Shown here piece by piece: positions 10,291 through 20,467 of a stretch of 64,000 nt of DNA. The stretch is from an uncultured Alphaproteobacteria bacterium (GTDB lineage: Bacteria > Pseudomonadota > Alphaproteobacteria > HIMB59 > GCA-002718135), in the NCBI GenBank assembly GCA_902571865.1, contig CACGDO010000001.1, forward strand, positions 82,315 through 146,314, written 5' to 3'. The notes below the pieces were generated by a model. The model was not told the origin of the DNA. It worked only from the letters and a program-made list of their open reading frames with translations, and did not search any database. The position numbers were made by a program, and so were the translations under genes. The stretch's first letter is position 1. Every line of letters starts with the position of its first letter.

Positions 10291-10698
10291 ATGAAAAAAT
10301 TACTTTTTTTATGTTTTATTTTTTTATCACTAAATACTCACGCCTTAGACTCAAATAAATTAATAAACCTCGATGATTTAAAAATACTTTTTGATCTTCA
10401 AAAAAATTATTGGAACGAAAATGTTCTTTTTCTCATAAAAAAGAATTCATTTTCTAAAGTAGATAATGACTCAGATGTATTTTATTTAAAATCAATATTT
10501 AATGATGGCGAAATAATTACAATGCCAATTTTTTCTAAGGATATTGTTGAAAAAATTATATTTGAATATTTTTTTTTAGATCACAATAAAAAAAATTTAA
10601 AAATTATAAATAATCATTTTAATTCGTTTAAAAATTTTTGTTTTGAATATCTCTATAATGACAAGTCTATACGAGTAGTTATTACTAAATGTAATTAA
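10291..10698 (+). CDS. Hypothetical exported protein
   Basis: Signal-peptide-like N-terminus MKKLLFLCFIFLSLNTHA. Confidence 0.6.
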   Translation: MKKLLFLCFIFLSLNTHALDSNKLINLDDLKILFDLQKNYWNENVLFLIKKNSFSKVDNDSDVFYLKSIFNDGEIITMPIFSKDIVEKIIFEYFFLDHNKKNLKIINNHFNSFKNFCFEYLYNDKSIRVVITKCN

Positions 10699-11603
10699 TT
10701 AAAAACCATTGATGTAGCTTTAAAAATTAAACTATGTCTTTTAGCTAATTCTAATTTATCATTTGAATATCCACCACCTATTACTGTCGCAATAGGAATT
10801 GATTTATTTTTAAAGAATTCTAACACTGTAATATCTCTTTTTAATAATCCTTCAGTTGTTATTTTTAAATTTCCTAATTTATCATTCTCATGAATATCAA
10901 CTCCAGTATCATAAATTACTAAATCAGGATTAAAATTTTTTATACAACTATTAAGAGTTTGATATAATATTTCTAAATATTCATTATCTTCTAAATTATC
11001 ATCTAATTCAACATCCATGTCGCTTATTGATTTTCTAAATGGAAAATTATTTTTACAATGAATAGAGCATGTAAAAATTTTATAATTATCTTTAAGGATT
11101 GAGGCTGTACCATCTCCTTGATGCACATCAGTGTCAAAAATTAATATTTTTTTTACTTGATGGGTTCTTATTAAATGTAATGAAGCATAAGCCAAATCGT
11201 TAAAAACACAGTATCCTGAACCAAAATCTCTATGACTATGGTGTGTGCCACCTGCTAAATGATTTGCTATACCATTCTTAATTGCTTCTTTGCATGTTAA
11301 TAGAGTTCCATTAACTGCTAAAAAGGAACGATTAGAAAGTGTTTCTGACCATTTAAAACCCAATCTTCTTATTTCTTTATCGGATAAACTACCATTTTTA
11401 ATTTTTAATACGTAATCTAAATCATGACATATAGAAACCTCATCAACACTTGCTTTTTGAGGACTTAGAATTTTTGCACGATGATAAAAATCTGAAGTTT
11501 TCAATTCATTATATAAATCTGAAAACTTACTGGCAGTAAATTTATGATTTTCAGGTAGAGGAATGTCATAATCTTCGTGTGTTACCCAACTGATTTTTTT
11601 CAT
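10695..11603 (-). CDS. Histone deacetylase family (Zn-dependent deacylase) protein
   Basis: GGTHHS, GSGYCVFND, DTDVHQGDG, HENDKLG and GGGY. Confidence 0.92.
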   Translation of the reverse strand: MKKISWVTHEDYDIPLPENHKFTASKFSDLYNELKTSDFYHRAKILSPQKASVDEVSICHDLDYVLKIKNGSLSDKEIRRLGFKWSETLSNRSFLAVNGTLLTCKEAIKNGIANHLAGGTHHSHRDFGSGYCVFNDLAYASLHLIRTHQVKKILIFDTDVHQGDGTASILKDNYKIFTCSIHCKNNFPFRKSISDMDVELDDNLEDNEYLEILYQTLNSCIKNFNPDLVIYDTGVDIHENDKLGNLKITTEGLLKRDITVLEFFKNKSIPIATVIGGGYSNDKLELAKRHSLIFKATSMVFN

Positions 11604-11835
11604 AAATTTGCCTCTTTCTAACTCAATTTATGCCTAAATTAATTTGTACATAGATTATGTGGCACTAATCTAACAATATATATTTAGTGAGTAAATGTAT
11701 TCTATCCATAAAGAATTAGTGTCACAACCAATATGGAATTTGTTTTAATATTTGATTTATTAATTATTTGTTTAATTGGTTTATTTATTGTCAATTTTTA
11801 TTGAATTAATAATCAATTTAAATAATATTTTAAGA

Positions 11836-12615
11836 ATGAAAGATTTTTATGATCTAAATGGCTATTTTTCACCATTAAAAATTTATAATGCAAAAGAAGC
11901 AAATTTTTTTAGAAATAAATTAGAAGACTCAGAAAAAGAATTAGGTAAACTTCATTATATTGTTAAAACTTATACAATAATGAAATGGGTGTATGAAATA
12001 GCAACTAATAAAATATTGCTTGATTTTGTCGAAGAAATAATTGGTAAAAATATATTATTATATAATGCAACTTTTATAATAAAAGAACCAAACACTAAAA
12101 CACACGTAAGTTGGCATCAAGATCTTACCTATTGGGGTTTTGATAATAATCAAAAACAAGTAAGTGCATGGTTAGCTTTATCCAAAGCTAATGATCAAAG
12201 TGGTTGTATGCAAATGATTCCAGGCTCCCATAAAAATGGATTTTTTCAACATCATTCAACTGAAGATAAAAATAATGTTTTATCTAGAGGTCAAACTGTA
12301 AAAGATATTGATATAAATAAAGCAGTATCATGTCCGTTAGAACCCGGTGAAGTTTCTTTTCATCATGGTCTAACATTACACGCATCTCAGCCTAATTCTA
12401 GTAATGACAGAAGAATAGGATTAAATTTTCAATTTATTTCTACTGATATGAAACAACTAAAAAGCAAAAATGATAGCGCTATTTGTGTAAGAGGAGAAGA
12501 TAAGTACAAAAATTTTAAGACTGATCAAGTAGCTAAAGATGACTTTGATCATGAGGCTTATCAACATCTTTTAGTATTAAATAATCATTATAATGAAACA
12601 ATAAGAAAAAATTAA
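11836..12615 (+). CDS. Phytanoyl-CoA dioxygenase (PhyH) family 2OG-Fe(II) oxygenase
   Basis: WHQD, IPGSH, HHGLTLHAS and DRRIG. ATG at 11836 preferred to TTG at 11776. Confidence 0.88.
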   Translation: MKDFYDLNGYFSPLKIYNAKEANFFRNKLEDSEKELGKLHYIVKTYTIMKWVYEIATNKILLDFVEEIIGKNILLYNATFIIKEPNTKTHVSWHQDLTYWGFDNNQKQVSAWLALSKANDQSGCMQMIPGSHKNGFFQHHSTEDKNNVLSRGQTVKDIDINKAVSCPLEPGEVSFHHGLTLHASQPNSSNDRRIGLNFQFISTDMKQLKSKNDSAICVRGEDKYKNFKTDQVAKDDFDHEAYQHLLVLNNHYNETIRKN

Positions 12616-12677
12616 TATTTATTTATTAGAATCTGAAATAAGAGATCTAAAAATTAACTTCTATTTAATCAAATCAT

Positions 12678-13589
12678 ATGAATGTTTTATCTGGAATTAG
12701 TATCGGATTTATTGGTTACACGATATTTGTCATTTTAGATACAATAATTAAAAAATACCTAGTTAATGAATATTCTGTTTTTCAAATAAATTTTTATATT
12801 TGTCTTTTTAGTTTTATACCAACATTATTAACTCTTTATTTTTTAAACAAATGGAGCTCACTAAAAAATGATATTATTCATATACAGCTTCTTAGAGGAT
12901 TATTTGGATTAATTTCAGGGGCTTTAGTAGTTTATTCATTTAGAAAACATGCATTTAGTGAAATTTACCCAATATTATTTAGTGCTCCATTAATGATAAC
13001 AATGTTATCCCATTTTTTTTTAGATGAAAAAGTTGGTATTAGAAGATGGTCAGCGGTAACAGTTGGATTTATTGGCGTATTAATAGTTAGTAGACCTGGC
13101 ACTATTCATTTTTCATTAAGTCTATTTGGTTTATTTTTTTCCGCATTACTAATGGCGATAAATATTACTTTAGTAAGAAAGTATTCAAATAATCAATCAT
13201 CAATAGCATTTACTTTTTATGCTTTTTTATCTGCAACTATTTTAAATGGATTACTTAGTTTTAATAGCCACATCGCATTATCTTTTAATGACCTAATAAT
13301 ACTTGTTTTTTGTGGTATTATTTGTGGAATTGGGGGTAATTGTTTAACAATCGCCTCAAAATTTTTAGAGTCTAGTGTTTTTGCTCCTATTCAATATACA
13401 CAATTAATTTCTGGAGCAATTTTAGGTTATTTATTTTTTGCTGATATTCCAGATATTTATGAAATTATTGGATCATTAATTATTGTCGGTAGTGGAATTT
13501 ATATAATAATTCGAGAAACAAAAATAGGTGTTAGACCATATATTAAAGAGGATTCAAGATTTCGTGACCAATTTAATAGAGGTCATTAA
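12678..13589 (+). CDS. DMT/EamA family transporter
   Basis: About 10 TM; LDEKVGIRRW, SRPG and APIQY. Confidence 0.9.
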   Translation: MNVLSGISIGFIGYTIFVILDTIIKKYLVNEYSVFQINFYICLFSFIPTLLTLYFLNKWSSLKNDIIHIQLLRGLFGLISGALVVYSFRKHAFSEIYPILFSAPLMITMLSHFFLDEKVGIRRWSAVTVGFIGVLIVSRPGTIHFSLSLFGLFFSALLMAINITLVRKYSNNQSSIAFTFYAFLSATILNGLLSFNSHIALSFNDLIILVFCGIICGIGGNCLTIASKFLESSVFAPIQYTQLISGAILGYLFFADIPDIYEIIGSLIIVGSGIYIIIRETKIGVRPYIKEDSRFRDQFNRGH

Positions 13590-13644
13590 ATTAATAATTA
13601 TAAATCAAAACTTTGTGATAATGTTTTAAAAGCATAAAATTTTT

Positions 13645-14832
13645 ATGAAAAATTTATTTAATAATAAAAATCCAATAACTTTACTAATTTTATCATCAAT
13701 AGCCATGCCTATCGCTTTTAGTACTTGGATGGTTTTATTAAATAATTTCTCAGTTGAAAGAGCAAGTTTTACTGGAGTTGAAATTGGAATACTTCAAAGT
13801 ATCAGAGAGATACCTGGCTTCCTAGCATTTACTATTATTTTTTTATTGTTCTATTTTAAAGAACAATATTTTGCTATTTTTTCTTTAGCCTTAACTGGTT
13901 TTGGTGTTGCAATTACAGGTTTCTTACCAACTGTTTATGGTTTGTATTTTACAACAATTATTATGAGTACTGGCTTTCATTATTGTGAAACAGCCAAAAA
14001 TTCTTTGAGTTTACAATGGCTTTCAAAAGAGGAAGCTCCACCAGTTCTAGGAAAATTAATAGCTATTAGCTCAATTACGTCTTTATTTTTGTATTGTATT
14101 ATTTGGAGTTTATTAGAAATCTTTAATTTAGATTATAAGTTTATATTTTTAATTGCAGGATTAATTTGTATTCTTATTTCCATACACCTTTTTATATCCT
14201 TTCCTTTTTTTGAAATCAAAAATAAACAACATAAAAAAATAATTCTAAAAAAAAAATATTCTCTTTACTATATCTTAATTTTTTTATCAGGTGCTAGAAG
14301 ACAAATTTTTGTAGTTTTTGCAGCTTTTTTAATGGTAGAAAAATTTGGATATTCAGCATCGCAAGTTACTTTACTATTTTTGGTTAATTATATTTTTAAT
14401 TGGTTTTTTGCAGAACGTATTGGAAAGTTAATAAATATATTTGGTGAGAAAAAATGTCTTATATTTGAATATATTGGACTCGTAATCGTTTTTACATCTT
14501 ATGCATTCGTGACTAATGCTTATGTTGCAGCAGGTTTATATATTATTGATCATATGTTTTTTGCATTAGCTATTGCAATTAATACATATTTTCAAAAAAT
14601 TGCTGATCCAAAAGATATTGCAAGCACTGCAGGTGTTTCATTTACTATCAATCATATAGCTGCAGTATTTATCCCAGTACTTTTAGGATTTGTTTGGATT
14701 AATTCTCATTCAATAGTTTTTTTAATTGGATCTTTGTTTGCTCTACTATCTTTAATCGCTTCATTTTTTTTACCTAATAATTTATCAAAGATTATTTTAG
14801 ATGAAAGTAATTTAAAAAAAGTAAGAGTATAA
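13645..14832 (+). CDS. MFS transporter
   Basis: About 12 TM; QSIREIPGFL, SGARRQIF and FTINHIAAV. Confidence 0.88.
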   Translation: MKNLFNNKNPITLLILSSIAMPIAFSTWMVLLNNFSVERASFTGVEIGILQSIREIPGFLAFTIIFLLFYFKEQYFAIFSLALTGFGVAITGFLPTVYGLYFTTIIMSTGFHYCETAKNSLSLQWLSKEEAPPVLGKLIAISSITSLFLYCIIWSLLEIFNLDYKFIFLIAGLICILISIHLFISFPFFEIKNKQHKKIILKKKYSLYYILIFLSGARRQIFVVFAAFLMVEKFGYSASQVTLLFLVNYIFNWFFAERIGKLINIFGEKKCLIFEYIGLVIVFTSYAFVTNAYVAAGLYIIDHMFFALAIAINTYFQKIADPKDIASTAGVSFTINHIAAVFIPVLLGFVWINSHSIVFLIGSLFALLSLIASFFLPNNLSKIILDESNLKKVRV

Positions 14833-14833
14833 T

Positions 14834-15253
14834 TTACTCACCTATATAACTAAGAATTATTTTTCTTTTGTATTTACTGTACCTGTGTTCAATTAGATAT
14901 ATTCCCTGCCACATCCCTAATTTCATTTCTTTATTGTTTATAGGAACTGTTAATGAGGTTTGAGTAAGCATAGATTTTATGTGAGCAGGCATATCATCAT
15001 CTCCTTCATAACCGTGTTTATATAATGAAGCATCTTCAGGAACTATTCTTTGAAAAAAAGAATTAATATCATCTAATACATCAGGGCTAGCATTTTCCAT
15101 TATTGTTAATGAAGCAGAAGTGTGTTGTATAAATAAATTTAGCTGACCTTTAATTATATTATTTTTTAAAATCCAATCATGAACATTATTTGTAATTTCA
15201 TACATTCCCTGTCCATTATTAGAAATTATCAATTCATCTTGTAGATTTAACAT
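14834..15253 (-). CDS. yjbQ: YjbQ / UPF0047 secondary thiamine-phosphate synthase family
   Basis: QHTSASL, HGYEGDDDMPAHIKS and GMWQGIYLIEHR. Confidence 0.92.
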   Translation of the reverse strand: MLNLQDELIISNNGQGMYEITNNVHDWILKNNIIKGQLNLFIQHTSASLTIMENASPDVLDDINSFFQRIVPEDASLYKHGYEGDDDMPAHIKSMLTQTSLTVPINNKEMKLGMWQGIYLIEHRYSKYKRKIILSYIGE

Positions 15254-15446
15254 TTTCTAATCTTAAAATGAAGTCGTGGCACCTACAAGGAGAATTATAA
15301 TGAAAATTAATGTTATGAAAAAAAGAACTATTCTTTTGATAAGTGCCACAATTTTTTAAATATAATCAAATTTTGTTTTAATAGAGATATAAATAAGGAA
15401 AAATTGTGTTATGATTATCCTAATTCATTTTAGCTAGGAATATTAT

Positions 15447-16337
15447 TTGTTAAACAATAATCAATTTGCAATTTTTTTAATTATTATATCAATTATTTTT
15501 GGTACTCTTATGGGTACATTTATAAAATTAGCTCAAGAAGAATTAAATGTATTTACAACTGGTTTTTTACGTTTTTTCTTTGGTTTTTTAATCATTACCC
15601 CTTACATTCTAAAAACAAAATTTGAAGTATTTAGTACAAAAAATTTAAAAATTCATGTTTTACGGTCAGCACTAAACTTACCTGCAATGCTACTTGGTTT
15701 TGCAGCTTTAGCTATGCTTCCATTAGAGAAAATGACAGCCATTCATTTTATAGTTCCTATCATTGTTACAATCTTAGCTGTGATATTTTTAAAAGAAAAA
15801 ATCTATTTATATAGGTCAATTGCATTAGTGATGGGTTTTCTAGGAATGTTAATAATATTGCGACCCGGTATTATAGATATTTCTATTGGAATATATATGG
15901 CGCTTATTTCATCGCTAATTTGGTCAGTAGTTATAATTTTAACTAAAAAAGTATCTAAGGATGATAGTGCTATAACAATATTATCACACCAATATGTTTA
16001 TATGAGTCTTTTTTCATTTCCATTAGTTATATATTTTTGGGATCAGCCAAGCTTAAAAACAATTATTTTTATATTATGTGCTGCAATCTCAGGAACTATA
16101 TTACATATTGCATTAAATCATGCATATAAATTAGTTGATGTAACTATGACCCAACCTTATTCATTTTTAGGATTAGTAGTTTCATCAATAATTGGATATT
16201 TTGTATTTAGTGATAAACCTGATTTTTATACCTGGTTAGGTGCCTCTGTAATTTTTTGTGGTGTGCTTCTAATTTCTTACAGAGAACTTCAATTAAATAA
16301 AGAAATTACAAGAAAGAGATTAAATATTAATTCATAA
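15447..16337 (+). CDS. DMT/EamA family transporter
   Basis: About 10 TM; FLKEKI, ILRPG and QPY. TTG start, exact start uncertain. Confidence 0.88.
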   Translation: MLNNNQFAIFLIIISIIFGTLMGTFIKLAQEELNVFTTGFLRFFFGFLIITPYILKTKFEVFSTKNLKIHVLRSALNLPAMLLGFAALAMLPLEKMTAIHFIVPIIVTILAVIFLKEKIYLYRSIALVMGFLGMLIILRPGIIDISIGIYMALISSLIWSVVIILTKKVSKDDSAITILSHQYVYMSLFSFPLVIYFWDQPSLKTIIFILCAAISGTILHIALNHAYKLVDVTMTQPYSFLGLVVSSIIGYFVFSDKPDFYTWLGASVIFCGVLLISYRELQLNKEITRKRLNINS

Positions 16338-16379
16338 TTTTAATATATAACATCGTTAGATTATGTGTATTATTAGTAA

Positions 16380-17627
16380 ATGCAAAATAATTATTTTTAT
16401 AAATGGATAGATAGTAATAAAGAAGATGAAATAAATAGTTTCAAAGAATGTATAGATTCATATATTTATTTTAAGAAAGATGCTTTTTATAAAACTAACA
16501 AATTAATTAAAAAAAAACCAGAATTTAATGCTCCAAAATTATTAAAAATAGTTTTATTGCTTTTTTCTAGAGATGTACAAAAAATTTCATTAGCTAGAGA
16601 AACATTCAAATCAATTTCTACTGATAAAGTAAATGATTATTTTCATCAATATTTAGAGATAGTAAATCTTTGGATTAAAAATGATTTAAAAAATTTATTA
16701 AATAAATTGGAATTAATTATAAAAGATAATCCCAAAGATATTTTTGCAATTAGATTATTTCATTTTAATAATATTTTCTTGGGTATTGATAGTAAATTTT
16801 TAAATAAACATGAGGAAATACTAAGTATGTGGTCTGAAAATGATCAGCATTATAATTTACTATTAGGGATGACTAGCTATGCTTTTGAAGAAAATAATAT
16901 AATTGATAAAGCTAAGCTTTTAGCCTTAAATTCACTAAAACAATCATCAAATGATTTATGGAGTTGGCATGCCCTTTTGCATGTACACGATAATGAGAAT
17001 AACGACTCAATTAACAACAATAATAATTTTAATGAAATTAATTGGTCAATTTATGGGCCAATAAAAAGACATATATGGTGGCATCAATCATTAATATTAT
17101 TCTACAATCAGGAATATGCGAAAAGTTTAAAACTATTTGATAATTATTTCTCTTCTTCAGAAATTTTTTATTTAGATTTTTGTAATGCTTGTTCTTTTTT
17201 ATTAAGACTTCATTACAAAGGAGTGGATGTTAAAGAAAGAATGGATAAATTAAAAGATTATGCTGAATATTTTAAAAATCAACATATACTTCCATTCATT
17301 GATTATCATCTTATTTTTTATTACTTATACTATAATGACCAAGATTATTTTCAACAACTTGAACAGAGAATGGAAGAAAATTATTTAGAAAATTCTTTTA
17401 AAGAAAATTATATTAATTACTTAAAGCCAATCATGTACAGTATGAAAACAAATGAATTATTAAACGAAAATATAATTAAATCACAATTTAAATACCTTGG
17501 AGGTAGTTTTGCTCAACGAGAACTTATTTTTTTAAGTTTAATCCAAAATACAAAATATGAAAAAAATAAATCAGATTTAATATCAGAATATAATGATTAT
17601 AAATCAGTATCAAAATTATATGTATAA
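16380..17627 (+). CDS. TTC38-like tetratricopeptide repeat protein (divergent)
   Basis: YAFEE, WSWHALLHV, HIWWH, DFCNACSFLLRL and GGSFAQRE resemble TTC38-family patterns. Confidence 0.65.
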   Translation: MQNNYFYKWIDSNKEDEINSFKECIDSYIYFKKDAFYKTNKLIKKKPEFNAPKLLKIVLLLFSRDVQKISLARETFKSISTDKVNDYFHQYLEIVNLWIKNDLKNLLNKLELIIKDNPKDIFAIRLFHFNNIFLGIDSKFLNKHEEILSMWSENDQHYNLLLGMTSYAFEENNIIDKAKLLALNSLKQSSNDLWSWHALLHVHDNENNDSINNNNNFNEINWSIYGPIKRHIWWHQSLILFYNQEYAKSLKLFDNYFSSSEIFYLDFCNACSFLLRLHYKGVDVKERMDKLKDYAEYFKNQHILPFIDYHLIFYYLYYNDQDYFQQLEQRMEENYLENSFKENYINYLKPIMYSMKTNELLNENIIKSQFKYLGGSFAQRELIFLSLIQNTKYEKNKSDLISEYNDYKSVSKLYV

Positions 17628-19434
17628 CTCTAAATTGTTGGAAGAAAAATTTATAAAAAACTCAAATAATAATTTTACCTTATTAAAAGATAATCTTTTT
17701 TTTCGAAATATAACTTTTCAAAATTTTCAAATTTTAAAGATGATATCATTTTTGGTAAGAGACAAAAATTGGAATAACTATGATCCTAAAATTCTAAATT
17801 ATGAAGAGAACTTTGATACATCCTTAGAATATATATTCGATTTAGAATATGGTATAAACGAAATTCTTAAAACAAGAAATGTTATATTATTTTCTGAAAA
17901 TTCTATCACACTATCCTCTGAGGGAGAATTTTTAACTGATTTTTGGACTAATAGAATAGGTTTTAATTTATTAATTCCATTAGAAAATCATGTTGGTTCA
18001 AACATCATTGTAACAAAAGGGAACGATTTAAAAGAGAATAAAAAATTTCCAGAAAATATAAAACCCGATCAACCATTTTTTAAATTTAAAAACCTTGCTT
18101 ATACTTTAGACGATAGTTTGTTGGTTAATATTAATTTTGAGGGTATTTTATTTGAAATGGAAGATCAAAGAAACTGGGGTGATGCTTCTTACAAAATATA
18201 TAGTGGTTCTTTATTAAATCCTTTTCCGTATGTAGAAAAAGGGGGGTCTAATTTCTCTCAAACTGTTAAAATAGATGTAGAAAATAAAAAACAAAGATCA
18301 TTTCCATCTATTAATATTGTAAAAATTGATCATATTACTTCCTATAAATTCCCTAAAATTGGTATAAAAATTGATTCTCCAATTCTTCCTGATGATAATT
18401 TAATTAAAAACTTTGATTATTATTACTATCTTATTGATTTTACTGATGATTTTAAGAATGTAACTTCAAGATCTGACAAAAAGGTGTTTCTTGTAGCTTT
18501 AGTTGATCATGCTAATGATCCTGAAGAAGAGTTAACAAAAATTTATAATTTTATAGCTGAAAATACTATTAATTTAGATAAAATTTTAATTTGCCCTAAA
18601 ATATATTTGAATAGTTTTCAACCAGCTGGTGAATGGCCTAAAGTTCCAGAATTAAATGAATACTATAAAATAGCGAAAAAGATATTTTCTAATAGTCAAA
18701 TTGTTTCTGGAATGGTCACTAATTTTACAGAATTAAATAGAAAGAGACCAAAAATGTTTTATGATTTGGTTAGTTTTTCCTTCACTCCAATTGTTCATGA
18801 TTCTAGTGATTTTGGTGTGTTAAATACACCTGAAACTATACCTTATATCCTTAAAACTTTAAAAAATTTTTCTAAAAGTTCTGATGTTCATATTGGTCCA
18901 ATTACTATTGGTATGCATTTCAATCCATATGGTGAAAGTCTTGTAAGTAATAAAAGCAAAATAAGATTAGAAATGGCTGATAGCGATCCAAGGCATGATC
19001 AATTATTTTCACTAACTTGGACACTGGCAATTTTTATTCAATCAATAAATAAAGAATCAAAATTTTTTACTTTTAATTCTATTTATGGGCATCACGGAAT
19101 ATTAAATAAAAATAATACCAAAAGACCATTGTATCATTTAAATAATTTTCTTATTTCATTAACAAATTCAGAAATTTTTAAATTTAATCCAGTTAACGAA
19201 GTGTATGGATTAAAAATCGTACTAAATGATAAAAAGTATTATTTATTTGTCAATTCCTCAAAACAGAAAAAGGAAATTATTATTCCTGAAATAAATTTTA
19301 GTAATCAATATAAACTTAATTTAAAAAATTATACTGATATTTTTAATAATGATTTTTCTTTTTTTAACTTTAAAAAAGATTTAAATCCTTATACATTTGA
19401 GCCATTAGAAATCAAATTTATAGAAGATAAATGA
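17620..19434 (+). CDS. apnL: D-apionate lactonase-like protein
   Basis: VRDKNW, NRIGF, FEMEDQRNWGDASYK, SFQP, TNFTELNR, HDS and DPRH match the ApnL family as I recall it; adjacent to an ApsD-like gene. Start at 17620 or 17593. Confidence 0.7.
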   Translation: MYNSKLLEEKFIKNSNNNFTLLKDNLFFRNITFQNFQILKMISFLVRDKNWNNYDPKILNYEENFDTSLEYIFDLEYGINEILKTRNVILFSENSITLSSEGEFLTDFWTNRIGFNLLIPLENHVGSNIIVTKGNDLKENKKFPENIKPDQPFFKFKNLAYTLDDSLLVNINFEGILFEMEDQRNWGDASYKIYSGSLLNPFPYVEKGGSNFSQTVKIDVENKKQRSFPSINIVKIDHITSYKFPKIGIKIDSPILPDDNLIKNFDYYYYLIDFTDDFKNVTSRSDKKVFLVALVDHANDPEEELTKIYNFIAENTINLDKILICPKIYLNSFQPAGEWPKVPELNEYYKIAKKIFSNSQIVSGMVTNFTELNRKRPKMFYDLVSFSFTPIVHDSSDFGVLNTPETIPYILKTLKNFSKSSDVHIGPITIGMHFNPYGESLVSNKSKIRLEMADSDPRHDQLFSLTWTLAIFIQSINKESKFFTFNSIYGHHGILNKNNTKRPLYHLNNFLISLTNSEIFKFNPVNEVYGLKIVLNDKKYYLFVNSSKQKKEIIIPEINFSNQYKLNLKNYTDIFNNDFSFFNFKKDLNPYTFEPLEIKFIEDK

Positions 19435-20453
19435 AAAAATTAAAAGGAGCATTAATCGGTTGTGGTTTCTTTGCTGAAAATCATATTTTAGCTTGGAAAG
19501 AATTAAGAAATATAGAAATAATATGTGTTTGCGATTTAGATATAAAAAAAGCTAATAAATTTAAATCTAAATTTAACATTTTACATTCTTATTCATCTAT
19601 AGAATTAATGTTAAAAAAACATAAAATTGACTTTGTTGATGTTGTAACAACAATGGAGACACACTTAAATATTGGCAAAATTTTATCTAAGTATAAAATT
19701 CCAACTTCTATACAAAAGCCATTTGCTGAAAATTTATCTAATGCAAAAAAAATTGTTTCTTTATATAAAAAAAATAAAACACCACTTATGGTTCATGAGA
19801 ATTTTAGATGGCAAAGCCCTCTATTAAAATTAAAAGAAATTATAAATAAAGAGCAATTAACGAAACCACATTATGCCAAGATATCTTTTAGACATGCAAA
19901 TCCTGTTGGATATACCAATCAAACATATTTATACGATTTAAAAGAGTATTTAACCCTAGACGTAGGAATCCATTTATTTGATTTAAGTAGATTTTTTATG
20001 GGAGAAGCAAAAAGTATTTATACAGTAAATCAAAATACAAATAATAAATTTAAAGGTGAAACCGATTTTATATCTCTGATAAGAAATAGAAATAATAGTA
20101 TTACTATTGTTGATGCATCTATTTCTTCAATAAAAAAACCAGACAGATTTGCTCAAACACTAGTTAATTTAGAATTCTCTAACGGCTCAATTGATTTGGA
20201 CTACAATTACAAAATTATTCTTCACAAAAATAATAAAAAGAAGATTTATGATGGAAAACCAAAGAAATATAAATGGATTTCAAAACCTTGGGATCAAATT
20301 CAAGAAAGTGTAATCAATACGCACAAACATTTCATTGATTCACTAATAAATAATATTGAACACGACACCAGTGGTGAAGATAACATAAAGAGTTTATCAT
20401 TAGTCTTCAATTCATATAAATCTGATAAACTGAGAAAAGAAATTAAAATTTAA
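19431..20453 (+). CDS. apsD: Gfo/Idh/MocA oxidoreductase, D-apiose dehydrogenase-like
   Basis: KGALIGCGFFA, QKPFA, PLMVHENFRWQ, DVGIH and KPWDQIQESV closely follow ApsD as I recall it. 4-nt overlap with the apnL-like gene. Confidence 0.72.
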   Translation: MKKLKGALIGCGFFAENHILAWKELRNIEIICVCDLDIKKANKFKSKFNILHSYSSIELMLKKHKIDFVDVVTTMETHLNIGKILSKYKIPTSIQKPFAENLSNAKKIVSLYKKNKTPLMVHENFRWQSPLLKLKEIINKEQLTKPHYAKISFRHANPVGYTNQTYLYDLKEYLTLDVGIHLFDLSRFFMGEAKSIYTVNQNTNNKFKGETDFISLIRNRNNSITIVDASISSIKKPDRFAQTLVNLEFSNGSIDLDYNYKIILHKNNKKKIYDGKPKKYKWISKPWDQIQESVINTHKHFIDSLINNIEHDTSGEDNIKSLSLVFNSYKSDKLRKEIKI

Positions 20454-20467
20454 TTTTTTATTTAAGT

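Noticed and set aside
11660-11675. TGGCAC as a sigma-54 -24 element (also near 15343 on the minus strand)
   Set aside because: No TTGC -12 element at the required spacing.
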